Assembly (NCBI GenBank): GCA_049287025.1
Contig: JBAQFA010000051.1
Coordinates: forward strand, 1,697 to 65,696
Source of the DNA: Candidatus Magasanikiibacteriota bacterium
Lineage (GTDB): Bacteria > Patescibacteriota > Patescibacteriia > Magasanikbacterales > UBA922
Direction: 5' to 3'
DNA length: 64,000 nt
Numbering within the stretch: position 1 is the first letter of the stretch; every line of letters begins with the position of its first letter. Positions 9,900 through 18,659 of the stretch are shown one piece after another. The notes below the pieces were generated by a model. The model did no database searches. It was not told the origin of the DNA and saw only the letters and a program-made list of their open reading frames with translations. Both the position numbers and the translations under genes were made by a program.

Positions 9900-10409
9900 A
9901 TGAAATCTGAAAAACTACAAAGAATCCTCGGAATCGATCCTGGTTATGGTCGAACCGGCTGGGGTGTGATAGAAAAAATAAAAGGCGAGTGGGTACTTGT
10001 CGCTTATGGTTGTATAGAAACTAGTGTAAAAGATCCTTTTGTAGATCGATTAGTTGAGTTGTACAATGAATTACAAAAGTTAATTAAAAAATACGAGCCA
10101 GCACGCGTGGGAGTAGAGGAATTATTTTTTGCCAAGAATGTAAAAACTGCCATGAAAGTGGGGCAGGCGCGCGGAGTGATTATTCTTACTTGTATGCAGG
10201 CGGGATTGATTGTAAATGAATTTACCCCTTTGCAAGTGAAACAAGCCCTGACTGGTTATGGTCGAGCAGAAAAATCTCAAGTGCAAAAGATGGTTGAAAT
10301 GATTTTAAAAATAAAGAAAAAAATTAGTCCAGATGATGCGGCTGATGCGCTGGCAATAGCGATTACGACTGGAGCAAGTATGAAATTTAATAGTAAGACT
10401 GGAAATTAA
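9900..10409 (+). CDS. ruvC: crossover junction endodeoxyribonuclease RuvC
   Basis: 169 aa. ILGIDPGYGRTGWGV N-terminus (catalytic Asp), conserved RuvC length. Downstream of yebC. Confidence 0.95.
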   Translation: MKSEKLQRILGIDPGYGRTGWGVIEKIKGEWVLVAYGCIETSVKDPFVDRLVELYNELQKLIKKYEPARVGVEELFFAKNVKTAMKVGQARGVIILTCMQAGLIVNEFTPLQVKQALTGYGRAEKSQVQKMVEMILKIKKKISPDDAADALAIAITTGASMKFNSKTGN

Positions 10410-10478
10410 TTGTTAGTACTTGTCCGTTTATTTTTATAATAATTTCTAATTATACTAATTACCCTAATTATTCTAAAA

Positions 10479-10543
10479 AATGTCTAATGAACAAATTTTT
10501 AAATTGGATATTGGGATTTTTTTAGGTCAATTAGAATAATTAG
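10479..10543 (+). repeat. intergenic repeat family copy A (AATGTCTAATGAACAAATTTTTAAATTGGATATTGGGATTTTTTTAGGTCAATTAGAATAATTAG)
   Basis: About 85% identical to 44985-45048. A shortened derivative is at 51324-51346. All copies lie just upstream of + strand genes. Confidence 0.8.
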
Positions 10544-10567
10544 AACAATTAGGTTAATTAAATTTTT

Positions 10568-11848
10568 ATGATAACTCTTGTTGTATTCAGTAAACGCGTT
10601 GGCCCTATCCGTGGCAGACATCCTTGGGTTTTTTCTGGTGCTTTGAAAAATATTCCTGATGGACTCGCGAGTGGCACACCAGTAAAATTGGTAGATGAAA
10701 ATAATCATTTTTTAGCACAGGGTTATTTTAATTCTTATTCCCAAATTGCCGTACGGTTGTGGAGCTGGGTTGAAGATGAAGATATTAATGAAGATTTTTT
10801 TATCCGTCGGATAGAGTTGGCCAATGATTTGCGCGTGAATTATATTGCTAGTAAAAAAACTGATTCATATAGATTAATAAACAGTGAAAATGATTTACTC
10901 CCCGGTTTGATCGTGGACAAATATGCGGATTATTTGTCAGTGCAGTTTCATACGATTGGCATGGAGCAATGGAAAGACCAAATTGTGTCCGCGCTAGTAA
11001 AAATATTAAAGCCAAAAGGAATTTATGAGAGAAGTGATGCTAAAAAATTATCTAGAGAAAAAGATTCGGGAATTGTGGTACCAAAAACCGAAGAAAATAA
11101 TCTACTCTACGGCAAAATGCCAGACAAGATTATTATTTTGGAAAATGGTCTCAAATTTTATGTGGATATAAAGGGCGGACAAAAGACCGGTTTTTTCTTA
11201 GATCAGCGAGAAAAGCGCCAGGCACTTATGAAATATGTCAAAGACAAAAATGTTTTGAATTGTTTTTCTTATACAGGTGGATTTTCGGTTTATGCTCTCG
11301 CGGGTGGAGCTAATAAAGTGGTAAGTGTGGATGTATCTGAACCAGCTTTGGAATTGGCCAGACAAAATGTAGAATTGAATGGCTTTGATTTGAAAAAATG
11401 CGAATTTATTGCTGAAGATGTAAAAAGATATTTGCAAGATTTGGGGGATACGAAATACGAAAGGTACGAAAATACAAAAGATAATGAGACGAAAATAAAA
11501 CAAAAATTTAACAAAAATTTAAAAGAAATTGAGAAAATTGACGTTATCATTCTTGATCCGCCGGCATTTGTGAAGGATAGAAAGAAAATTAGAGAAGGAT
11601 TATTGGGTTATAGGAGAATAAATGAACAAGCTCTACAAATTTTACCACCAGATGGCATTTTGGTTTCAGCTTCTTGTTCGGCTCATGTCAGCTTAGATGA
11701 CTTTCGTTTTATGCTATCAGAATCAGCTGGACACACGGGTCGGACTTTGCAAATTTTAGAGACATATATTCATGGTATTGACCATCCCGAATTAGTCGCG
11801 TTTATGGAAGGGGAGTATTTGAAGTGTGTGTTTGGAAGGGTGATTTAA
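10568..11848 (+). CDS. rlmI: class I SAM-dependent rRNA (cytosine-C5) methyltransferase, RlmI/RlmK-like (PUA + MTase)
   Basis: GRHPWVF N-terminal motif typical of RlmI. Rossmann MTase core with DPPAF motif. Contains a lysine-rich low-complexity insertion (KYERYENTKDNETKIKQKFNK). Confidence 0.8.
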   Translation: MITLVVFSKRVGPIRGRHPWVFSGALKNIPDGLASGTPVKLVDENNHFLAQGYFNSYSQIAVRLWSWVEDEDINEDFFIRRIELANDLRVNYIASKKTDSYRLINSENDLLPGLIVDKYADYLSVQFHTIGMEQWKDQIVSALVKILKPKGIYERSDAKKLSREKDSGIVVPKTEENNLLYGKMPDKIIILENGLKFYVDIKGGQKTGFFLDQREKRQALMKYVKDKNVLNCFSYTGGFSVYALAGGANKVVSVDVSEPALELARQNVELNGFDLKKCEFIAEDVKRYLQDLGDTKYERYENTKDNETKIKQKFNKNLKEIEKIDVIILDPPAFVKDRKKIREGLLGYRRINEQALQILPPDGILVSASCSAHVSLDDFRFMLSESAGHTGRTLQILETYIHGIDHPELVAFMEGEYLKCVFGRVI

Positions 11849-11896
11849 AGATGTAAGATGGATGATAGACCAAATAGACCAGGATGATTTTTAAAT

Positions 11897-12544
11897 TTAT
11901 TTACTTACTATTAAATTTACAGTCCAAGGAATGTAATGAGAATCAGAAATTATTTTTGATTCAATTATTGAAAAATTAGATTTTAATAGTTCCAGATATC
12001 CGGCTTCAGTTTTGATGTTTTGTCCCCGATCTTTCTTCATTAAGAATTTTTCTATTAACGATTGTTTTTCTGTCCATACAGGTTCAGCTAGGATAAAGAC
12101 ACCATTTTTATTTAGTTTTTGTTTTATAGTTTTAATTAGTTCTAATGATGTGGTGTCATCCAAATGATGAAAGATGGCTATTGCTAAAACAATGTCAAAA
12201 TTTGATTCAGATGTTGGTAAATTGTCAACTCCACAACAATAAAAATGGCCATATTTAGGGTTATTTTTTTTTGCAAAATTAATATAATTGATATTTATAT
12301 CACACCCTACATAATCAATCATTTGTTTTTTGTTTAAGGCAGTGAGTATGGATCCAGTGCCACAGCCAACATCGAGGATCCTTTTTCTTTCTATTGGTTT
12401 GATATATTCATTAATAATTCGTTTTTTCCATTTTTCTGCTCCACAAATTTTTTGCCATAGATTATAAATTTTTGGACTTTCTAAGATATTTCTCCAACCG
12501 TGTGAAATGTGAGCAATAAATTTTGTTGATTGTGTTTGATTCAT
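11897..12544 (-). CDS. class I SAM-dependent methyltransferase
   Basis: 215 aa. Motif I LDVGCGTGS, Methyltransf_11/23-like. Diverges from the downstream + strand glycan cluster. Confidence 0.8.
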   Translation of the reverse strand: MNQTQSTKFIAHISHGWRNILESPKIYNLWQKICGAEKWKKRIINEYIKPIERKRILDVGCGTGSILTALNKKQMIDYVGCDININYINFAKKNNPKYGHFYCCGVDNLPTSESNFDIVLAIAIFHHLDDTTSLELIKTIKQKLNKNGVFILAEPVWTEKQSLIEKFLMKKDRGQNIKTEAGYLELLKSNFSIIESKIISDSHYIPWTVNLIVSK

Positions 12545-12588
12545 AAAATTAGGAACCCAATTATTTTTAGATAGTAAAGAGTAAATGA

Positions 12589-12617
12589 ATTATAGAGTAT
12601 TTTGTATAAAAAGACAA
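12589..12617 (-). promoter_or_regulatory. sigma70-like promoter TTGTCT-N17-TATAAT for the methyltransferase gene
   Basis: Minus-strand TTGTCTTTTTATACAAAATACTCTATAAT. Shares 26/29 positions with the promoter at 7989-8017. Confidence 0.6.
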
Positions 12618-12803
12618 TTTTGCCGATGTTTTTATTAAAAAAATTCAACCAAAATTGTTAGTTTTTATGATTGATCTTTTTGTCTAAAAATGATAAACTA
12701 TTAGTGTTTTAAGTTAATTTTTTTAATTTAAATAAATAGGTAGGGTTGTTTTGTCTGTAAGTAAAGATTGGATTTGAAAATAAATCTTGGCGTAAACTAG
12801 TAT

Positions 12804-13892
12804 ATGTTTAAAAATAATAATTTATTGAATAATAGTTTTTACAGTGTGTTAGGAACCGTATTGGCTGGTTTTTTTGGTTATGTTTTGAGTTTTATTTTGT
12901 CGCGTCAATTAACTGTGGTTCAGTTTGGTGAATATCAATTTTTTGCTTCAGTTTTTGTCATTTTGGGAATTGTTAGCGCTGGGTTGACATATTTTGTGGT
13001 CAAACATACAGCCGTTTTGGCTGAAATTAATGATTACCAGGCAAATTATTTGTTTATTAATAAAATATTTAAAAAAATTAGCTGGCCTTTGGCTGGTTTT
13101 TTTATTTTATTATTAATTTTAGCATTATTTTTTAGTTGTTTAAAATTTTACAATCTTTCGGCTTTAATGGTTGTTTGTTTGTCAGTAGTTTTGAGTATGG
13201 TTGGTTCTATTTACCTTGGTATGTTTATTGGGTGGCAGGATTTTAAACGGTTTGCTTTGGTTAATACATTGGCCAATCTAATTCGTCTGCTGGTTCCTGT
13301 TCTAGTATGGTTTTACCCTAGCGTAGTTATAGCTACTTTGTCTTTCTTCTTTTATGGTTTAGGAACTTTTGTTTTCGGATATTGGTTTTCTAGAAAAAAA
13401 TGGTTTAAACCAGAATTAAAACTAGCCCAGCCAATCACGCAAAATATTATTACATTGGAAAAAAGGGCTATGGTGTCGGCTTTGCTTTTGTCTGCTCTAA
13501 CTTTGGTTATTGGTAATGGCGATATTCTACTGATTAAATATTTTTTCTCCGCTGAAGTGGTGGGGCAATATTCAGTCTTGGCGTTATTAGGAAGAATGCC
13601 ATTTTTTATTAGTATTGCTATAATCGCGGTATTTTTACCCAAATTTTGTTTGGCAGTTAATTTGGCAGATAAAAAAAATGAAAAACAATTGTTTAGACGA
13701 TCTTATTTATTTATTGGTTTAATTAACATATTTTTTATAGTTTTTTATTACTTTTTTTCTACATTTATTTTAGCATTGTCATTTGGACAAAATTATGTTA
13801 TTTTAAGTAGGGAATTATGGCTGGTGGCTGTGATGTATTTATTTTTTTCCTTAATAGTTTTGAAGGCTAATCAGTTGTTTGTTAAATATTAG
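12804..13892 (+). CDS. polytopic membrane protein, putative oligosaccharide flippase (Wzx/MOP-like)
   Basis: 362 aa, 10 or more hydrophobic helices. N-terminal region resembles polysaccharide biosynthesis (Wzx-type) proteins. Sits within the GT cluster. Family assignment is tentative. Confidence 0.5.
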   Translation: MFKNNNLLNNSFYSVLGTVLAGFFGYVLSFILSRQLTVVQFGEYQFFASVFVILGIVSAGLTYFVVKHTAVLAEINDYQANYLFINKIFKKISWPLAGFFILLLILALFFSCLKFYNLSALMVVCLSVVLSMVGSIYLGMFIGWQDFKRFALVNTLANLIRLLVPVLVWFYPSVVIATLSFFFYGLGTFVFGYWFSRKKWFKPELKLAQPITQNIITLEKRAMVSALLLSALTLVIGNGDILLIKYFFSAEVVGQYSVLALLGRMPFFISIAIIAVFLPKFCLAVNLADKKNEKQLFRRSYLFIGLINIFFIVFYYFFSTFILALSFGQNYVILSRELWLVAVMYLFFSLIVLKANQLFVKY

Positions 13893-13925
13893 TATAAAGA
13901 AGGTATAGATATTATTTATTTTAAA

Positions 13926-14945
13926 ATGGCTAATAATAGAGAAAAAATTGAAGCAAAATGTAGAATCTGCGGACAAAGTGGAAATTTTGATTTGTATAAA
14001 ATAAAAGAGATGTATTATGGCAGTGGCGATGAATTTGACTATTATAAATGTAGCTATTGTGGCTGTCTACAGATAAAAGAATTTTTAAGTGTCGATGATC
14101 TAAATAAATATTATAACAGTAGTTATTATAGTCTTAGTCAGGATAAATTAAATTATTTTAATAGTTCTTTTAAAAAATTTTTAGTAAGAAAAATTGTTAA
14201 CTATGCTATTTATAAAAAGGGTTTGTTTGGTAGAATATTTTACTATCTAAGTCCACAATTGAATTTAACAGCATTAAGAAAAATAAAAATTAATAAAAAT
14301 AGTAGTATATTGGATATTGGTTGTGGTATTGGTTTTGACCTAGCTTGTCTTAATGAGGTTGGTTTTAAGAATTTATTGGGGGCAGACAAATATTTGGAAA
14401 AAGATATTTTGTATGAAAATGGGTTAAAAATTTTAAAAACTGATTTAAACGGGGTAGAGGGTGAATTTGATGTGGTGTTAGCTTTTGATGTTCTTGAGCA
14501 CTTGGATAATCAAGAGGAATTTATAAAAGAAGTTTATAATAAATTAAATAAAAATGGTGTCTGTATATTATCTATCCCGATGATTCCTAGTTATGAATGG
14601 GATAAATATCAAGAAAATATGTTTGATTTGCATGTTCCATTTCATTTTTTTATTCATACCAGAAAGTCATTAGAAATTTTATTAGCAAAAGTCGGTTTTC
14701 GCGTTGATGAAGAAAAAAATTGTTGTAAACAAAATCCTGTTTGTCTAGCTGCCAGTGAGAGTGTTGTCAATGGTATTTGTTTTGTAAAATCAGGTTTGGA
14801 TAAATATTATTTATCTGATCAGGGTATTGTTGATCTTTTGTGGCACAGATTATTTTCTTTGAGAAAATTTAAAAAAATAGCAAACAAAATTAATAAAGAC
14901 AAAACATCAGCTGCGGCAATATTTTATTTGTTTAAAAAAAAATAA
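13926..14945 (+). CDS. class I SAM-dependent methyltransferase with N-terminal Cys4 zinc-ribbon
   Basis: CRICGQ...CSYCGC zinc-ribbon followed by LDIGCGIGFD motif I and DVVLAFDVLEHL motif II. Confidence 0.8.
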   Translation: MANNREKIEAKCRICGQSGNFDLYKIKEMYYGSGDEFDYYKCSYCGCLQIKEFLSVDDLNKYYNSSYYSLSQDKLNYFNSSFKKFLVRKIVNYAIYKKGLFGRIFYYLSPQLNLTALRKIKINKNSSILDIGCGIGFDLACLNEVGFKNLLGADKYLEKDILYENGLKILKTDLNGVEGEFDVVLAFDVLEHLDNQEEFIKEVYNKLNKNGVCILSIPMIPSYEWDKYQENMFDLHVPFHFFIHTRKSLEILLAKVGFRVDEEKNCCKQNPVCLAASESVVNGICFVKSGLDKYYLSDQGIVDLLWHRLFSLRKFKKIANKINKDKTSAAAIFYLFKKK

Positions 14946-14946
14946 T

Positions 14947-15879
14947 ATGAAAAGAATTTCTATAGTTTTACCGGTTTTTAATGAAGAAAAATCTTTGGAA
15001 GAATTGATGTCGCGGTTAAGACAAATGGCAGATAAAGAAATGAATTATGAATTTGAGTTTATTTTTATCAACGATGGTAGTAGAGATAAAAGTTTGGAAA
15101 AATTATATAATTATTCCATAAATGATAAAAGAATAAAAGTTATTGATTTTTCTCGTAATTTTGGACACCAACCAGCCGTGAGCGCTGGCATTGAGCATGC
15201 TTTAGGTGAAGCAATAATTATAATGGATTCTGATTTACAAGATCCGCCGGAATTTATTTCTAGTTTGTTAAAAAAATGGGAAGAGGGTTTTGAGGTGGTT
15301 TATGCTGTTAGAAAAAAGCGTAAAGAAAACATTTTAAAAAGAGTTTGTTATAATTTGTTTTATTTGATTTTAAATAAAATATCAACCGTTTATATACCGA
15401 GGGATAGTGGTGATTTTTCTTTGATTGACAAAAAAGTAGTTAAAGAAATGATAACTCTAAAAGAGAGAATAAAATTCATTCGTGGTATTAGAGCTTGGGT
15501 GGGTTTTAGACAAATCGGTCTAGAGTATGAAAGAGATGCTAGATTTGCCGGTGAAACTTCTTATAATTTTAGAGCTTTGATTAGAATTGCCTTGGATGCA
15601 ATTTTTTCTTTTTCCTTTTTGCCATTAAAATTGCCATTTTATGTTGGTTTTTTTGGGCTGTTTATGTCTTTGGTTATTATTGTTTATTTAATTATTATGT
15701 ATTTTTTTACTGGTTTTTTGTTTGAAAATAAATGGGTTTATGTGATAGCGGCTACTTTTATTATGTTAAATCTTAATTTTTTCTTTTTAGGTATTTTTGC
15801 AATATATTTTTCCCGTTTAATAGATGAAGTAAAAGAACGTCCGTTATATATAATTAATAAAAAAATTAATTTTGATTGA
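14947..15879 (+). CDS. GT2 polyprenyl-phosphate glycosyltransferase (DPM1/ArnC-like) with C-terminal TM helices
   Basis: SIVLPVFNEE...INDGSRDKS...DSDLQDPPE GT2 motifs plus two C-terminal hydrophobic helices, typical of lipid-phosphate sugar transferases. Confidence 0.85.
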   Translation: MKRISIVLPVFNEEKSLEELMSRLRQMADKEMNYEFEFIFINDGSRDKSLEKLYNYSINDKRIKVIDFSRNFGHQPAVSAGIEHALGEAIIIMDSDLQDPPEFISSLLKKWEEGFEVVYAVRKKRKENILKRVCYNLFYLILNKISTVYIPRDSGDFSLIDKKVVKEMITLKERIKFIRGIRAWVGFRQIGLEYERDARFAGETSYNFRALIRIALDAIFSFSFLPLKLPFYVGFFGLFMSLVIIVYLIIMYFFTGFLFENKWVYVIAATFIMLNLNFFFLGIFAIYFSRLIDEVKERPLYIINKKINFD

Positions 15880-15882
15880 AAT

Positions 15883-17004
15883 ATGACAGATAAAAATTTT
15901 TGGTTTGGCAAAAGAGTTTTAGTAACTGGTGGGGATGGTTTTGTGGCTTCTCACCTGGTAAAATTCCTTTTGACTAGGGGAGCAGTGGTGGTAGTGACGG
16001 TTAGACACAAAAGACCGATTTCTACTTTGCGTTTGATTTTGGAAGAAGATAATAAAGAACATTTTATTAATCCAGATATTGAAGAGTGTGATTTATTAGA
16101 TTTTTATTCTTTGAGAAGAGTCTGTGATCGACATCAAATTGATACAATTTTTCATTTGGCAGCTTCGGCAATTGTGGTGGATGCAGCCAATTCACCAGTT
16201 TCTACAGTTGAAAATAATGTAATGGGTACATTAAATATTTTGGAAGTAGCAAGAATAAATAAAATTCCTAGGGTATTAGTAGTTTCTTCAGACAAAGCTT
16301 ACGGGGATCATACTCAAATTCAGTCTGAACAAATTCCTTATTTAGAAAAATATTCACTACGAGGGTTGGATGTTTATAGTGCATCCAAGGTGTGTACTGA
16401 TGTCTTGGCTCAGACATATTCTTTTCAATTCAAAGTGCCGGTAATAGTAGCTCGGGCTTGTAATATTTACGGTCCAGGTGATTTAAATTTTTCTCGTCTT
16501 ATACCAAAGACAATTATGGCACTTTTGTCTGGTAAGTCACCAATAATAAATCAAGGTAATGAATTAGTTTTGCGTGAGTATATTTATGTAGAGGATGTGG
16601 TAAATGCATATTTGTCTTTGTTGGAGAAAGTGCAAGATTATTATGGAGTAGATAATTGCAATATGCCAAAATCTGGTGTTGAAACTTTTGGTTGGGCAGC
16701 TTTTAATGTTGGTAATTATGAGGACAAAGATTTATTAGATATTAAGAAATGCAATGGAATAAAAAGTGTTTCAGACATAATACATATTTTACGCGGTAAA
16801 ATTGCTGATGTAGAGCCGATTGTAAAAGAAAAACATGAAAATTTTATTGAAATTCCTGATCAGTATTTGGATTCAAGTAAAATCTTTAAAATTGGTTTTA
16901 GACCACAGGTTGATTTTGAAGAGGGTTTAGATAGAAGTATTGAGTGGTATAAAAATAATAAAAATTATTTAGAAAAAATAGCCCATAAATATCTAAATAC
17001 CTAA
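15883..17004 (+). CDS. NAD-dependent epimerase/dehydratase (extended SDR)
   Basis: VLVTGGDGFVASHLV Rossmann motif. Catalytic YSASK (YxxxK). Confidence 0.85.
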   Translation: MTDKNFWFGKRVLVTGGDGFVASHLVKFLLTRGAVVVVTVRHKRPISTLRLILEEDNKEHFINPDIEECDLLDFYSLRRVCDRHQIDTIFHLAASAIVVDAANSPVSTVENNVMGTLNILEVARINKIPRVLVVSSDKAYGDHTQIQSEQIPYLEKYSLRGLDVYSASKVCTDVLAQTYSFQFKVPVIVARACNIYGPGDLNFSRLIPKTIMALLSGKSPIINQGNELVLREYIYVEDVVNAYLSLLEKVQDYYGVDNCNMPKSGVETFGWAAFNVGNYEDKDLLDIKKCNGIKSVSDIIHILRGKIADVEPIVKEKHENFIEIPDQYLDSSKIFKIGFRPQVDFEEGLDRSIEWYKNNKNYLEKIAHKYLNT

Positions 17005-17009
17005 GTATT

Positions 17010-17816
17010 ATGATGCCTTTGGTTTCGGTTATAATGATAAATTATAATAATTCTAAGTTTTTATCTGAAGCGATTGAAAGTGTTTTGAATCAAACCTTTA
17101 GAGATTTTGAATTAATTATTGTGGATGATTGTTCTACGGATAACAGTTTGTTTATTATAAATAGTTACGCCCAAAAAGATTTAAGAGTAAAAGTCTTAAA
17201 AAATGAAGTTAATAGTCATATAGTTTTTTCTAGAAATAGAGGAATAAAAGAATCAAAAGGGAAATATGTTTTTTTTATAGATAGTGATGATTTGTACATG
17301 CCTGATTGTGTAAAAAAAAATATTGATTTTTTTGATAAAAATGAAGATTGTGGTTTGTGTGGAACTTGGTCAATGTTAATAGATGAAAATAGTGAACCAT
17401 TGGGATTAAAAAAATATCCTGTAAATGATCAAGAAATTAGATATAGATTATTTTTTTATAATCCTCTAAGATTATTGGCAATAAGAAGGAGCTGTTTTGA
17501 TAGTTTGGGGCTACTTGATGATTCTTTTCGTCATTTTGAAGATTTGGAATTTTTGTTTAGAATATCAAAAAGGTATAAATTACATAATTTACCAGAGGTT
17601 TTAACTAGGTATCGTCTTCACGGTGATAATGCAGTTTTTACCAAACAAAAAGAAATGATAAAGGGTGTTTTGCAATTAAGAAAAGAAATTTTAAAATATT
17701 ATAAACAACCACTGACTTTACCTATAGTTATTTCTTTTTTTCTTACTTGGTTGGCAAAGTTTTTACCAGTGAGTTGGGTTGAATTTTTATTTCAGTTTTT
17801 TCGTAAAAGATTATAA
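17010..17816 (+). CDS. glycosyltransferase family 2
   Basis: VSVIMINYNNSKFLSEAIESVLNQTF...IIVDDCSTDNS...DSDD motifs. Confidence 0.88.
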   Translation: MMPLVSVIMINYNNSKFLSEAIESVLNQTFRDFELIIVDDCSTDNSLFIINSYAQKDLRVKVLKNEVNSHIVFSRNRGIKESKGKYVFFIDSDDLYMPDCVKKNIDFFDKNEDCGLCGTWSMLIDENSEPLGLKKYPVNDQEIRYRLFFYNPLRLLAIRRSCFDSLGLLDDSFRHFEDLEFLFRISKRYKLHNLPEVLTRYRLHGDNAVFTKQKEMIKGVLQLRKEILKYYKQPLTLPIVISFFLTWLAKFLPVSWVEFLFQFFRKRL

Positions 17817-17822
17817 TTATAT

Positions 17823-18659
17823 ATGTTGTTTCAACCAAAAATCAGCGTGATCATGCCATTTTATAATGATGAAAAATATCTTGAAGAAACGGTAGAAAGT
17901 ATTTTGGTGCAGACTTTTGTTGATTTTGAATTTATTATTATTAATGATTATTCAAAAGATAAATCAGGAGAGATAATAAAGAAATATCTTAGTGATCAAA
18001 GAATTAGATATTTTAATAACTTAGAAAATAAGGGGATTGTTGATAATACAAATATGGCAATTGAAAAGGCCAGAGCAGAATTTATTGCCATTGTAGACCA
18101 TGATGATTTGTCAGATCCAACACGTTTGCAAAAAGAATTTGATTTTTTAACAAATAATCCAGATTATGCCTTAGTTAGTTCATTTGTGAAATATATTGAT
18201 TCTGTTGGTAAAGAAATTGGCTTTTCGACGCAATCAATTTCTAATGAAGATATTCGCAAGGATATTTTTTTGCATTGTCCTTTTTGGAATCCAGCTTGTA
18301 TGTTTAGAAAGTCGGTTTGGCAAGAAGTTGGTAAATATCGTAAACAGTATGAATTGTGTCAAGATTATGATTTGTTGTTTAGAATAGTTTATTCTGGTTA
18401 TAAAGTAGCTAATTTACCTGAGTTTTTGCTTAAGTATCGAATTCATGTGACCAATGCTTCTTTCAAGAGAGTACGCGAATTAGAAAAGAAGTGCTATCAT
18501 TTAAGAATAGAAATGGTAAAAAAATTTAATTTGAAATTATCTTGGAAAGAAAAATTATTTATGTGGGCACATCTAATTCTTGGCTATTCTCTCTCTGGGT
18601 ATCAGAAAAAAAAAATAGAAACTCTTTTCAAAAAAATATTTTATGGTAGAAAAATTTAA
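17823..18659 (+). CDS. glycosyltransferase family 2
   Basis: ISVIMPFYNDEKYLEETVESILVQTF...IIINDYSKDKS...DHDD motifs. Paralogous to the previous gene. Confidence 0.88.
   Translation: MLFQPKISVIMPFYNDEKYLEETVESILVQTFVDFEFIIINDYSKDKSGEIIKKYLSDQRIRYFNNLENKGIVDNTNMAIEKARAEFIAIVDHDDLSDPTRLQKEFDFLTNNPDYALVSSFVKYIDSVGKEIGFSTQSISNEDIRKDIFLHCPFWNPACMFRKSVWQEVGKYRKQYELCQDYDLLFRIVYSGYKVANLPEFLLKYRIHVTNASFKRVRELEKKCYHLRIEMVKKFNLKLSWKEKLFMWAHLILGYSLSGYQKKKIETLFKKIFYGRKI

Noticed and set aside
10480-10539. 19-codon micro-ORF (MSNEQIFKLDIGIFLGQLE) inside intergenic repeat copy A, with a 17-codon counterpart in copy B
   Set aside because: A 1-nt indel between copies shifts the frame, so similarity is nucleotide-level, not peptide-level.
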